Below, one piece after another: positions 1-13,799 of a stretch of DNA of 64,000 nt. Source of the DNA: Schmidtea polychroa (Eukaryota); NCBI GenBank assembly GCA_044892525.1, contig CM097885.1, positions 73,842,001 through 73,906,000 of the forward strand, given 5' to 3'. The stretch's first letter is position 1. Each line of letters begins with the position of its first letter. The translations under genes were made by a program, and so were the position numbers. The notes under the pieces were generated by a model. That model saw nothing but the letters and a program-made list of their open reading frames with translations, was not told the origin of the DNA and did no database searches.

Positions 1-1388
1 TGTAGGTAGTCATATTAGGATCTATATTCATAACCTGCAATAACAGCTTTTATATGTATAGTTTATCTCTCCTGAGGGTATAGCCATTCAACACTAACAT
101 ATTACAACCCTTTAACGTATTCTAAAAAAAATCACTTAAAATCTTTTAAAGATAAATAATAAATAAATTTTCATACAAATTTAAAATTTTTCCTTCCTAT
201 TTATTCGCTATTTTGTGATTGGCTTTTATTGATACGCGCGCTTTTGAATTTCACCCTTTTGATTGAGCCTTTTGGAATGTGCCATTTGGATTGTCGCCTT
301 TTCTTTTCTCCTTTATTGAAGTCAATCAAATATTACATGAAGCAATATACTAACGCAAACGTTGAACGGCATGAAATAAACACCATTTCTATTTGGTTCA
401 TGAAATATTTGTACGAAAAGCCTGATGTACGTTTATATTTTTAGGATTAAGAAATGACTACGTTTTATGTATGATATAAAATAATATTTATATGTTTCAA
501 AAATTTCATTATATAATAAACGATATAGAACAAGGAAACATTTGAATTTTAGGCGCCCTTGACAAATTTCAGCTTTGCAAATTTTTCAATCGTTACAAAA
601 AATAATTGAACTTCTTTTATTTATGACAATAATCACATCGTTTGATAGTCAAGTTGGGATAATTGGGTTGGAAGTTATATTTAAAAGCTACCAATCAAAT
701 CTCTGACTCCAAAACGTTTATTATCTGATCCATAAAATAACGATTATTGATTATCACAATTGATAACACGAATTATAACAACACGATCAATTCAAAAACG
801 TAACTAAACAGAGCTTATTGCAACACAGCGCGAGGAATAGCTCTACTCGTATAATTCCCAAACACTTAACAATCACCGGCCGCTAATCTGACTCAATAAT
901 TTGGTAACTTGAATTGAATTCTCTTTTGATTTGACTTGAATTTATTCAATATACTTTAAACCTTTTTTATTAAACTCAATTTTTCCACACCGTTTGGTTC
1001 CAATATTCTCTTTTTTTTCAATTTCTAATTTCTCACTCTAATTTCTTTAATTCCCAATTTCTCAAATTTTCTCTACTCTTTGATTCTGAATTATTTTCTC
1101 GGCTACTAAATGCTCTGATTCCATTAAGAAAACATTTGTTTTTATAGTCCGTACTTACACTTTCCATACTTTTTTTTATTTCCAACGTTATCTCTGAAAT
1201 TTCGGAGATGCCGATTTTGTTTTTGTTATATATCTATAAAATTATCAAATAAGAAATAGCCCAAAATATATATTCCAATAAATAAGTATTATTGAAACAA
1301 TTTTAAATTATATTAATTTTAAATTCTTCACAATAAAAACTTTTAAATTATTATATATGAATTAAATATTAATTTAATCCATATAACA

Positions 1389-2960
1389 TCCCCTCTCGCC
1401 GACAATCGAAACGATATCGTGGGTTTGGATTTCTTGTCTCTCTCTTTGGACAAGTCTTTCTCTCTTTTGTTTTAACGCTCGATTTCTTGACCAAATATTG
1501 TTTTTTTTGTAATGCTCTCTATCTCGAATTTCTTACCTATGTCCTTGATTACTTTAATTTGATTGAAGTTTCTTCTTATTGTCTTCCTTAATTTATCACT
1601 ATATAATATAAATGTCCATTTGTTTATTATTTCTTGAATAATAAATGGGCCTACGAATTTCCTTTCAAAACCTTTTCTGTTTTCGTTTCTAACCATCACT
1701 AGGACTCCGTATTCCATCGATTTAAATTATATCTTTCTGCAGTTTTCTTCATATTTTCTTCAGTAATATGTTTAACTTTCTCTTGAATTGTCTGCATATC
1801 TGTCTGTAGTTGTTCTACATAGTCATCATAATTGGTGACTTTCTCTCCTAGTACTCGTTGTGGTCCGATTGGGAGTCTTGCTTTCTTTCCGAATACAATC
1901 TCGTATGGGGAATGCATTGTGGTTTTCTGTATAGTGACAAGACAGCTCCAGTGCTATTATGTGATGCACCAGTGTCTAAAAAATATTGCCTTTTCTTCCT
2001 TGGTAAGGCCAACAATGGCGGAGAGTACAATAACCGCTTTTGCTCATAGAACGCTGCTTTTCTGTCCTCATTCCACTGAAAGCTGCTTTCATTTTTTAGC
2101 ATTGCACTCAATTTCTCTGAAGTCTCTGCATTATCTTTAATAAAAAGTCTGTATTAATTGCAAAATCCCAGAAATGACTGGAACTCTTTTTTACACGCTA
2201 GAATTTCCCATGAACTGATACTTTTGATTTTCTCTGGATGTGTTTTAGTACCTTCCTTATTTATGATATACCCCAGATAGCTAACCTCTGACTTTCATGC
2301 TGTCGATTTCCAATCACACATTTTGTAACTGGTTTATTTCGGGCCTTCTCAGGTCTGTTAACAGAAATCAGTATTGGTTCGGACTTCCTCAGCTGTGTCT
2401 TTGGTGTTTTACCTTCACCATCTTCCAATGTTGGTTTTGTCGCTAGACCTCTTATCATCTTTGCTGTTCTTTGCTCACTCCAACTATATTTTGTCATTGC
2501 GGCAGAGTTATTTTCTTGTTCTTTCGAATCTACTTTATCTGTCATTTCAGTTCTCATATCATCCTTGCATTCTTCTTGGAGATATCTAAACTTGTTCATT
2601 TTATCGCTCTTTGCGCCGTTTATATTACCTTGGCAATTAGCTGAAATGTGACCTTTCTTGCCGTAACAAGTTCATTCTTCTTTTGGTTTTATCCATTCTT
2701 GTTTCTTATGTGACCTAGGTCATTACATTTGTAACACTTACAATCCGCCATTCTTGTAAGAATCACATCGTTTCCAAGCGGTGTACCTTTCTGTAACTTT
2801 CTATAATCTGCTTCAATCTTTGTATTTCTTTCTTTAATGCGACTATTCCTGAGCTGTTGTCCTTCTTTCTTTGTTGTCATACCTTTGTCTTCCGCCTTTA
2901 TTTCTTACTCAGCTTCTTTTAATGTTTTCAGCTGTCTAATTCTGAGGGGTGTTGAATACA
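1389..2960 (-). mobile_element. Ty3/Gypsy LTR retrotransposon remnant, internally deleted (gag zinc knuckles, RT thumb/RNase H connection, integrase C-terminus, PPT)
   Basis: Minus-strand translations: CYKCNDLGHI and CY-GKKGHISANC (gag CCHC knuckles, ~2630-2740); VSYLGYIINKEG...FQSFLGFCN*YR (RT thumb, ~2130-2290); FQWNED..AAF..SPPLLALP..YFLDTGAS..GAVL (1848-2111); HSPYEIVFGKKARLP and KFVGPFII (integrase C-terminus, 1472-1917). Purine tract GAGAGGGGA (1389-1397) directly precedes TGTTATAT, the likely start of a 3' LTR running leftward from 1388. Stops and frameshifts present; RT catalytic core and integrase core not seen. Confidence 0.85.
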
Positions 2961-5282
2961 AATTATGCCATAACCCTTTTTATTTATTTACGATATTATT
3001 CATTATTTTGGAATCCTCAACAGTCATATATAAATATCAAAAACCTTAAAGACAGGAAAATACTAAATAATCTTAATAAATTGAAGGATATTGTTGCGTT
3101 AATAAACTAATACCTGATGTATTATAAGTAATAGTATCTGTGTGGCATATTCATACATAAAGGTAGAAACATACAATTAAAAGTAATTTAAGAAACACTC
3201 ATTCAGAACCCGCCTAGTCCTACATAAAACCTCAAAGCTTAACTTTTCTTGTTTTAATGTTTGCGAAAGTAGTGACGAAGTTTATTTGACTGGTAATTGC
3301 ACGTTTGGTATAAAGAATATCTAGAGATGATGTGATTTGTTCATTTAAAATCGATTTCAAGTAGTTTTTAATAATTTTATTAAAAAATATTAAAATGTTC
3401 TAAAAGTTTATTTAAATTTAATATTTAAATTTAATTATTAAATTAATTATTATTAAAATTTTCACTTTACGGCGCTTTTTTTGAAACTGGCGCGGGTCGG
3501 CGCCAATGGCAATTACATCAAAGCCAAGATGTTGTCACGCCATTGTCGGTGTATTCTTACTTTTTAGCAAAAATGACAAAATCTAAGAAAAGGAAGGGGT
3601 GAAAGTTAAAATGTGCCATCCACAAATAATCCCTTTATTTTAATAGGTCTAACCGTTCTGTTCCAAAATCAGCCAATGAAAACATTCAAATTAAATTCAT
3701 AATTAAAGTATTCAATAGAAATTATCATTGTTTCCAAAGAATAAATAGTGATTGGGTTATTTGAATGATTTGGCGCATGACGCATTTATTTTGAAATATT
3801 TCTTCCAACGCAAAAGAAGCATTTTCTAAGTTCTACGCAAGTTTTTGAAATGTCTTAATGAAATAGGAATATTATGAATAAGAAAAGATGAAATATCCCA
3901 GAATTGAATAGTTAGAATTGGATTTGGAAACTTTTTTGGCAGAAAACTTTAATGGGCTTAGTATTAAACATCTATAGAAAATGAAATATGCTTTACGTTG
4001 TTGAAGAATATGAACCAAGGTTGATACTCTTTTCAACTTAAAAATGAGCTGGTAGTGCTACTAAGTATTGTTTCAGTTAAAAATATATAAAGAAGCCTTT
4101 CCGAAAGATTTTATTAACTTCCATTTGTTGGCTTCTAATTATAAAGTCATTAATAATTCAGACTTCTCGTGTTCCTGGATGTTTGTAAGGGGAAATAAGA
4201 CCCAATACAATAAATTTATTGAATTTCTTTAACAATTTTGTAACAATATCGTCAATATCACCTTTTAATTTTACCTGCACTTTTCAAATAAATCGAAAGG
4301 TAATCAAAGGTAACCCAAAAGGAAACTAGTTTAGATGCTCTTTAAATATTCTTTGACTGATTCGACTGACTCTAATTCTTCTTTAAAGTTTTCTCTTCTA
4401 TGTTTTCGACCAACTGGCAACTGGGTGCCAGTATCACCCCAGTATTTCTTCTTCAAAAATAATTAAATTAAGTAAATAGCCTCTCTCAGTAATAGCAATT
4501 TGGTAAAAGGCATTTCTTCTGAAAAAAAATAATTAGACAGACGATTTCTCTCCTTTATGCTCAAAGATTATGTTCTAACAATTTGATTTTAATGAACACT
4601 AATTCCATTGTTGATTTTCAGAATACAAGACTAATCTCATTGTTTTTATCAATTACTGCTTGGGGTTTCCACATAGTATTTACCTTTTAATTAATTTGTA
4701 TTTTTGGAATATCTTTTTCTAAAAACCCTCCATTGATTTTATATAATTTTATTCATATTTTATTCATATATGGCTCCGTGTGTCTTCATACCAAAACAAC
4801 AAGACCTAGCACGATTGAATTTTATTTTCAAAAAAACGATTGTTTACAAAATCACTTGATAGGTAATCTCACAGAAGACCACAACTTTATCTCTCAACTG
4901 AATTAAATCTTTTCACATTCTTTCAAATGTTTAAAATTTCATCTTCAATCTTAAAGGTTAATTTATTCAAGGTCATATTCCTTGCCTCCCCAAAATAAAT
5001 TCTAGATTATCAAATATAAATTAGGGATGAAATATTTTAATTAAACCTTCATTTTGGTTTTGTTATGAGAATTGTATGAGAATAAAAAAACAATCTATAT
5101 TTTTAGTTAAGTCTTTCCAAATCCAAGACGGTTTAACTATGGTCGCACTAACTATTCCCGTAGTTTGTCGTTCTTTTCGGGACAACAAAGTACATAGACC
5201 GGCCCGGTTACATATATCGTTGTGCTAGGTTACGCGCGTAAACCACCCCCACTTCTCCGTATTTGATACATTTACTTGTGTT

Positions 5283-5654
5283 AGAAATACCATGGATGAA
5301 AAAAGGTTAAACAGTTTGGCTTTGTTATATATTCATCAAGACATTAAAATAAGTCCGGATGAAATACTTTCTGAATTAATGAAAGGACAAAGACGAATTA
5401 ATATTATATAGTAATATTTCCTATGTAATATAAATTGTTAATAACTAACACGTTGAACACTGTGCGAATCGTATACGATGCACAATACATTTGTTTTTTA
5501 GCATTGCGGTGTTCAACGTGTTATTAATAAATTTGTTAATTATCTTAAAATTTTTTTTTCTATTTTTCCGTGTCAACTTTTAACATTGCTCGATGAATTG
5601 CAATAATTAAAAATTTTGCTCCCTCCCAAAGCTGAAATTCTGGTTACGTCCCTG
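5283..5654 (+). mobile_element. 3' end of a hAT transposon (dimerization-domain tail plus terminal inverted repeat)
   Basis: 5283-5411 translates RNTMDEKRLNSLALLYIHQDIKISPDEILSELMKGQRRINII*, a typical hAT C-terminal dimerization tail; downstream GGTTACGTCCCTG (ends 5654) is a hAT-like terminus (revcomp CAGGGACGTAACC). Confidence 0.75.
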
Positions 5655-6281
5655 TTTGTATATGTGAAATCCTCACTTATACATTAATTATTATTTTAAA
5701 AATTCCTCAAACAATTAGACTTTTTGCATGTATATCATTGCCGTAAAATAAACCTGTTAATCCCATTTAGAATTTTATTTGTGGATTCAATTAATACCAG
5801 CCGTTCTATGGATAAAAAGGCGACCACAATTGCAAATTTCGTTAAACCACCAGAAATATATGAAATGGATTCATATTTGAAAGATTTTATTATGGAAACA
5901 GAATGATTTTTCTTATGTTAAATATTGTCCATTATTACAGAAGTAAATTTGAAAATGATTTTTTCTATCATTATTACCAAGAAATTTGATTCAAAAAATG
6001 ATAATAAGCACCATTATACAGAAAGGTTAAAAAAAGTCTTCAACAAAACTAAAAGTCATATTGATTGCCTCAATGAAGTTCTCAATGATCACCATGAAAA
6101 TTATCTAGTTTAAGAATTGTCATCAGAATTCGAGAAAATTTCCATGCCTAATTAGTTTGAAGATAAAAAAGCATCTCAAATGTAGAATTTAAAATACGAT
6201 GATGAATAAAAGAAAGCATGATCAAGTTTCTAGAGAAATTAATATAAGACATTTCCTTTTCTGTCAATAAAATTAAGGATA

Positions 6282-6656
6282 ATTCCGTGTTATCTTACCC
6301 CCAAAACTTAAATTATAAAATACAATTAAAATAACAATATAAAAAATGAGAGAATACATTATTGATGACGTTATTGAACATTATTGAACATGAATTTATT
6401 AAGGCTATCTGTGATTTATGTGATCATGTGATTATGTGATTATGTGAGTTTATGTGGCGAAAACGTGTTCTAAGCAGCAGTGTCGATGTGTTCGACACTA
6501 TTCTCAACGACATTGTGGTTTTCTGGCCACCTGGATGATCATTTACAAACTTTTTACAAACATTTGCTGAGTTTTTAAGTGTGATTTAGAAAATAAATAT
6601 AATAATTATATGTGTTCTTTTTTAATTAAATTTTTGGGGGTAAGATAACACGGAAG
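6282..6656. mobile_element. Tc1/mariner-type MITE (TA target)
   Basis: TIRs TTCCGTGTTATCTTACCCCC (from 6283) and GGGGGTAAGATAACACGGAAG (to 6656), TA on both flanks, no coding capacity. Confidence 0.75.
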
Positions 6657-7472
6657 TACCAAAATCAACATTATGTCGATTCCGGACTGAAAAGTTTACC
6701 AATATATAATTTGGTATGCACTCCGTAAATTGTGGGAACATTTTAAATACAATTGTCATAATTTATTTCCAGAAGGTCGACAAAATTTGTAGAAAATAAT
6801 TGCTCATTCGAGAGAGAGAAAGAAATATTAGATTAAAACACCCAAATGGGAATGCACTATCACATAAAGAAGATGAATAAAGCAATAATTTAAAGATAAT
6901 TGATGATATGAGTAAGGATTTGTTGGGCCAAGCTTCGAGAGTGTTGGAAATCAGGTTATGAACGAATAAATAGGATAAAAATAAATTCCGCGAAAACCGC
7001 GAAAAAATATAAGAGTAACTAAAGCGGACAACAATAAAAGAAATAAGAATACAAAAGAAATAAAAATAACTAATTAAATAATAAAACTTGTAAGACGGAA
7101 AATAAGATAAAAAGAAAATTACCCAACACGCATAATAATAAAAGGAAAAATAAAATAACGAAATTTAAAGAAAATAAATGAGGAATTAAGGAAATAAAAT
7201 AGAAATAAAACCATTTTTAAAAGAAACACGTAGACTAATTAAAACAAAAACTTAAATTACAACAAGATGATAATAAATCCATGGGAAAATAAGAGAAAAA
7301 TAACAAAAAATAGGAAAATAAATAAAATAATAAGAAAAATAAGAAAAGTCATTAAAATCTAGTATATTATAATAAAAAACACATAAATAATAATAAATAA
7401 AAACATTACAAACAAGTCGTGTCCTGATTGGACGAAAAATAGTATTTAAGGAACGCGAAACATCTATAGAGT

Positions 7473-7544
7473 ATCACTTTTAACCAAAACTCTACAGGTA
7501 AAAATTTCTAATTTATCAATCACTTTTAACCAAAACTCTACAGG
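7473..7544 (+). repeat. 26-bp direct repeat
   Basis: ATCACTTTTAACCAAAACTCTACAGG at 7473-7498 and 7519-7544, following an A-rich low-complexity tract (~6960-7400). Confidence 0.9.
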
Positions 7545-8249
7545 GACGACATTCAGGAACCAGTTAACCGAAACGCTATACAGGAACCACAACACTACGA
7601 CATTCAACAAGGACCTTTGAATAGATATCTAGTCAAATCATTAGACAGAAATCAGAAATTTGTTTTAAAGGACGAGACCCTAAACTTGAAAAGGAAATTC
7701 AAACTTTATTTTCAACACTCTCAAGAGAATTTGCAGTAAGTTGAATAGATGGAATAATTTTTTATTATGATGGATGTATATAATGATGAATAACAAAGAT
7801 ATTTTATTTAAATAAAAAATTCATTAATTTACAGAATGGGTTCTTTCTCTATGGTGCTGGCGACGATGTTGTCTGGGAATCGGACATGATGCGGGAGACT
7901 CGAATGAATCTTCAAGAGAATGCATGGGAACGGGTGTCAGGAGATGGAGAGAATTGAATTGAAGATTTGAACAAGGCAAGCATCACCGGAATTGAGATGT
8001 AAAACGTACAACGAGTATCACGGTATAGCATCATGTTCGAAACTCAGACGGCGTGGTCGCCAGGTAAACAATGTTCATTTAATAAATATATGTTTAGTAA
8101 AACCGATTCATTGAGCGAACTATGCCATTCATTTTTATGATAATTGTTCATAATGTATTGATGATTGATATTTGGAGAGATAGATTCGTCCTTCCTGACG
8201 GTCTAAGAGCGGTGGCAGAAATGTATGCCGTTCTTGGGTGGGTCAGGAG

Positions 8250-8800
8250 GGGTGAGGACATCTGGTGGACGAGAGACCTTTAAAACGGAAACGATCCTTT
8301 CACCGAGTGAGATCAGTTGCTCTTGAAAACCTTTTCCATGAAAGAATAGTAGTCACCAAGCTTGAGGGAGAGGGAAATTCCAGGAAGAGATCCAGAAAAT
8401 CTTTATATTCTCAGGTATCAACGCGAAAATCCGATCGTTTTCCGGTGGGCATCGTTACTCTCGGTGCTGTTCGACGAATCATTACTTAAACATCCAAATG
8501 ATAGGGATCTATATTCACACAAACTTATCAACGAGATTCCTCGGAGATCTCTTGACATTAAGTTCTTCTAGGATGTTCATCGCTAAGACGTTAGCAAGTA
8601 GATCCACTATTCTGACTCTTATCAGATTTAAGGAAATTCGGCAAACAATCGCTGACAAGCTATTATCATCGATAACCCGTCCGTCTAGACAAAATATCAA
8701 ACTCTCCGATAGCTAACGTAAACACTTACTACAGTCTTGAGAACCCGATGTCGGCCAGTGGTTGGAAACTTATCTTGCGATTTTGTTCTCTCATAAATAG
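8250..8800 (-). pseudogene. Degenerate Penelope-like (PLE) reverse transcriptase relic, copy 1
   Basis: Frameshifted minus-strand translation gives TDGLSM, RIVDLL..LEELN, SLSF(L)DV and AHRKT..SR*YL in the order expected for PLE RT (QxxGxxMG, RYVDD, LPFLDV, VYRKPT..YL). Many stops; recognised by eye only. Confidence 0.5.
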
Positions 8801-9317
8801 ACGATAGTAGATAAATGAGTAATCTTCGGAAAACACTCAGAGTATAGATTGTGGGGCAATGGCCACTTCACCAATATATTCGTTAACAATTATCTGGCGT
8901 AAACATTGGTCATAGAACTGTAATCGTTGAATTAAAGCCCAGTAGATCAAGTGGCGATAATTTCCAAATTAAAAGAACCGCTGCTGTAGCTACTACTGAA
9001 AATTTCCTTCACTGGCAAAATCTATCATTTACCTCACGCATGTCGACGAGTAAATCCAGGAATACCCACTGCGAGTCTGCCTGCTTCAGGACAGTGTGTA
9101 GGCCGATGACATCATCACGGAATAGACCTAGGCTGTGTGTGCAATAACTAAACGACGATGTCGCGACAGGTCAGATACGGGAAATTCTAAACCTATCCAA
9201 TCGTGAGTAGTAATATCTGCTAAAGTGGCGTATCACTGAAATCTCATAAAATTCCTGCTTGCATACATAGAATAGGAGCCAGATTATGAGATTGTTGAAT
9301 ATACCCATTTCTTATAC

Positions 9318-9530
9318 CAGTGGTTCTCAAACTTTTTTGATCACGACCCAAATTTTTGACATTTCATGCCAAAAATTTTATTGCGACCCACATGACAAAG
9401 ATTAAATAAATTTAAAAGGCTTAAACTTCCAAAATTTATATTTGTAGATCTTTCCATAAGTCATCGGGACCCACCAAAAATTCTTTCGCGACCCACAAAT
9501 GGGTCGCGACCCATAGTTTGAGAAACACTA
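9318..9530. mobile_element. hAT (Buster/Charlie-like) MITE
   Basis: TIRs CAGTGGTTCTCAAACT / AGTTTGAGAAACACTA; perfect 8-bp TSD TCTTATAC (9310-9317, 9531-9538); internal GCGACCC subrepeats. Confidence 0.92.
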
Positions 9531-10008
9531 TCTTATACCACAATACTGAATACGTCAAGAGATTTTTCTATCACTCCCTACGGCATGAAGAATCTAGCTG
9601 CTCTCCATAGGCTACAATGTCAACTAAACCTAATACAGACAAAAAATGGGATTAATATTAATAATAATAAACGCATTTATAAATGTAAGACTATGCGTTT
9701 TCCCGAATTAAGAAATAACTTGAATAATGATTGGCAAACATAAAACGCGTAAAGTATTGGTAATACAGTCAATAGATCTTTGGGGTTTCCGTTTTCTTCT
9801 TAAATTTTTTTATCTCTTGTACAAATTGTGTCGAATGAACATGAGTGTTTTGGAGTAAAAAATGTTTGAAATGTCTATAGGAGATCTGAGATCCGCTGAG
9901 GGTCGCCGAGCGAAGCGTTGAGGACGCTACATCGATCACGAAATGAAATCTGTAAACGATACACCGATGATTGCTTCTAACCATAATAGGAATCTTCTTT
10001 AATTTTAG

Positions 10009-10269
10009 ATGACCGCACCGAGCAAATCAGGAAAAGATCTTCGTCCATGCTTCTCGTGTTCGGACAAGAACGAAGACATTAAAAAGCTACAGCTTTATAT
10101 AGGGGCATTGAAGAAGCGTATAGATTTATACGAGAGCACGTGGTTCTCCCCGCCACAAATGAAGGAGGAGCGTAATAAAATCTTAAGATTGGAGCACTGC
10201 CGTGACAGTCTCCTAGAGGAAAGCAGGTGCCAGAGGCTCACGATAAAAGCCCAGTCAGAGGCTGCATAA
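10009..10269 (+). CDS. Orphan element-associated ORF A (predicted coiled-coil), copy 1
   Basis: 86-aa ORF preceded by a TTTAG acceptor-like site; clearly homologous to the minus-strand frame at 15443-15750 (ESTWFSPPQMKE..LEHCRDSLLEE vs ESTWFTPVQMKE..LEHCRDSLLEE). No family recognised; expression unknown. Confidence 0.45.
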   Translation: MTAPSKSGKDLRPCFSCSDKNEDIKKLQLYIGALKKRIDLYESTWFSPPQMKEERNKILRLEHCRDSLLEESRCQRLTIKAQSEAA

Positions 10270-10333
10270 AATCTATACTGATGTCGAAATTTCGAAAAGA
10301 GTCCGAGAATATCCGATCCAGGACGGGACAAAT

Positions 10334-10771
10334 GTGTTTCCGACACACCATCAGGCACCCGAAGTTCCATCGACGACCAGCTGTAAGGGGCATGGCTCAC
10401 AATTGTCTCCTATCCTCGCTCCAGCTCTCTCAAGTTCCAGGCCCATGACAAAGGGCCCATCCGACCCCATTTTGGCTCCAATTCTCCAGCCTCGTCCGAT
10501 GCAACCAACTGTTGAAACCATGGCGCCAAATCGGAAACGTAAGCGGCCGACGCGCGCTGAGAAAAATCAAAAGCGCAGGGATGCCATCGCGGCGCTAGAG
10601 GCTTCATTATCTGTGGCCCAATCCACCATAAAGGAAATATCGAACTGTCATGTAATTCCAGCCAAAGAAATATTCCGGGTAATTCCGGCTGAAGGTATTA
10701 AGTTCCTTGCGGATCACCGGTTGCCCGTGGACATAGATGAGATGCTAGCAGAAGGAGAGGTTTTCCGATGA
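10334..10771 (+). CDS. Orphan element-associated ORF B (Pro-rich N-part, basic NLS-like motif), copy 1
   Basis: 145-aa ORF containing PNRKRKRPTRAEKNQKRR; counterpart PK*KSRTRAEWTQRRR on the minus strand at ~15200-15260. Confidence 0.4.
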   Translation: MFPTHHQAPEVPSTTSCKGHGSQLSPILAPALSSSRPMTKGPSDPILAPILQPRPMQPTVETMAPNRKRKRPTRAEKNQKRRDAIAALEASLSVAQSTIKEISNCHVIPAKEIFRVIPAEGIKFLADHRLPVDIDEMLAEGEVFR

Positions 10772-11163
10772 CCCAATGCAACGTTCAGACCAACTCATTC
10801 ACCCTGATGGGTCTACCAACCTTTTCACCTGTATGTAACCGAGTCGTCGGTGCATTTCAATTTTCACCCATTATATATTGGGGCAATTCGTTTTGTCTTG
10901 TGTAATTAAGTGTGTGTGGTATTTTTAATATAATCTTCTTGGTATTGGATGAGTTATTTACGAGATTTGTTGAATAGAATGCATGGTTAGATCGAGTAAT
11001 TGGGTACATGACATTGAATGAAGGTCGTCCCCTTGGACCAGGGTCGGACCGAATTATGTGTGTAGAGATGAGTAAGACCTTCTAAGGCACCGTGGAACCC
11101 GAACCGAGAGGGGGTTAGCAGTAGTCCTAAGGCAGGGGCTCACCTGGTAACCAACTCCAACCC

Positions 11164-11290
11164 ATGTGAGCATCACCAACGTGTAACATCAGCACGGGCT
11201 CACATGTGGGAATATTCGTAAGATCATTTGGAGTATGAATGGAAGGCTCTGAGCGAATTAAAGATAATCTGCGTGTTTGGTGGCAACATT
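11164..11290 (+). pseudogene. N-terminal fragment of RTE-type APE endonuclease, copy 1
   Basis: Frameshifted translation TCNISTGSHVG...EYEWKALSELK resembles the APE start TWNVRT..GKL..WDILGLSE; truncated within ~130 bp. Confidence 0.4.
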
Positions 11291-12378
11291 TCTTTTCTCC
11301 CTACATACGCCAACAAATTGTACGATTGAGAGGGGTTGAAAAAGAATTACTGTGACTGTTTATTTGACTTAAAAAATTATAATATGAATGAGAAATAAAA
11401 GTGATATTGTATTTGGTTCCATCCATTAGCCGAAAAAGGTTCATTTATCGCAGACTATTGATATTGTTAGATAAGAACATCTTAATCTTGTACATGACTC
11501 TTTGTTGTAATATGTTTTGTTGGAAATTATTAGTATGAACATCGAAATAGACTTTTGTCCTCTTTTAACACACTGAAAAGCTAACTTATTTTCTCTAACT
11601 TGCCCCAGTGCTCGGGTATTTTTTGCACTCAACTATTAATTTAGTTTCAATAAAATCTTTGGAAATATGTAAGACAAATGATTTGCAAAGCACGAGTAAA
11701 CTCATGAACCGAGAGCAATGTGTTAATTTTTTCAATTCAAAAATTTCATAAATTCAAAGATAATCAATCAACCAAAACGGGTAACAATAAAAGTCGTTTA
11801 AAATCTGGTAGGCCAAATTTGTATGGAAGTAAAATAATGGCCCTTTATCTGTGAAAATGTATTTTAAAACAAACGAACTATTTAAGTATTCCAGCGTTTT
11901 CCAGTCGACCAATGTCGATAATATATGCCAAAATCATTTTCACGGGGTATCGAAATGACCTAATGTAACCATAGACGTTAATATAGTGTTCCATGTGACG
12001 AGTAGTGCATCTAAACTTCAAGAACGTTGGCAAACCTCGCGTGTCAGTTCACATCAATCGAATTGAAAATTTCCCACGTAATTCTGACCAATTACAATTA
12101 TACAAATCATTCCGTTCCATAGAAACATCATATAAATCAGTAACTGATATAGACTAGTGAAAATAATTTATTCCAATAAATCTAAACAAAATTCAGCAAG
12201 GGCTCCAATTTTATCACTTGAAATTTCCACGAATAAAAACAGCAAAATATAATAAATTAAAATGAAAGCTAATTTCGACAAAAAATAACTAAACAAATCA
12301 AAAATCATGACCTAGATAAAAAGCTGTTGTCAATAGCAACGACTTTATTTGAAAATTTCCCTCAAAAACAAAAATAAT

Positions 12379-13436
<1,058 letters not shown>

Positions 13437-13799
13437 TTTGAAAAGTCAATGAGAAAACAATATTTAAACAACTACTTTATGATGGAAAATCATCATTAAA
13501 ATTTGAATGTCTTTTATATTCTTGTTGCATCTATTAGTTTATATATGTTAATTTTAAAATTCTCTGAAAATTTAATTTAAATAACTGTCATCCTTATTTA
13601 AAATTAAATTTGTTAAAATTCAAAATTTTTGAGCAAAATATACTATTACATCGCGTTACAAATTCACTTTTAATAAAGTTTCGTTATAACATAATTTAGG
13701 AAAAAATTCAGTCTCTGATTACGAAAATAAATTCGATTTACGAATTTTTATTTTTATTTAATTAGGGAAACCACACCGTACGAATACACAGAAACAGAA

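Noticed and set aside
3480-4440. Possible decayed DNA-transposon sequence
   Set aside because: GC-rich end-like patch but no TIR pair, TSD or convincing protein motif.
7401-7425. Possible hammerhead ribozyme (CTGATTGGACGAAA) near the Penelope-like relic
   Set aside because: Core requires CUGANGA; the sequence has CTGATTG and no convincing stems I/III. CTGATGAG at ~33204 also lacks a following GAAA.
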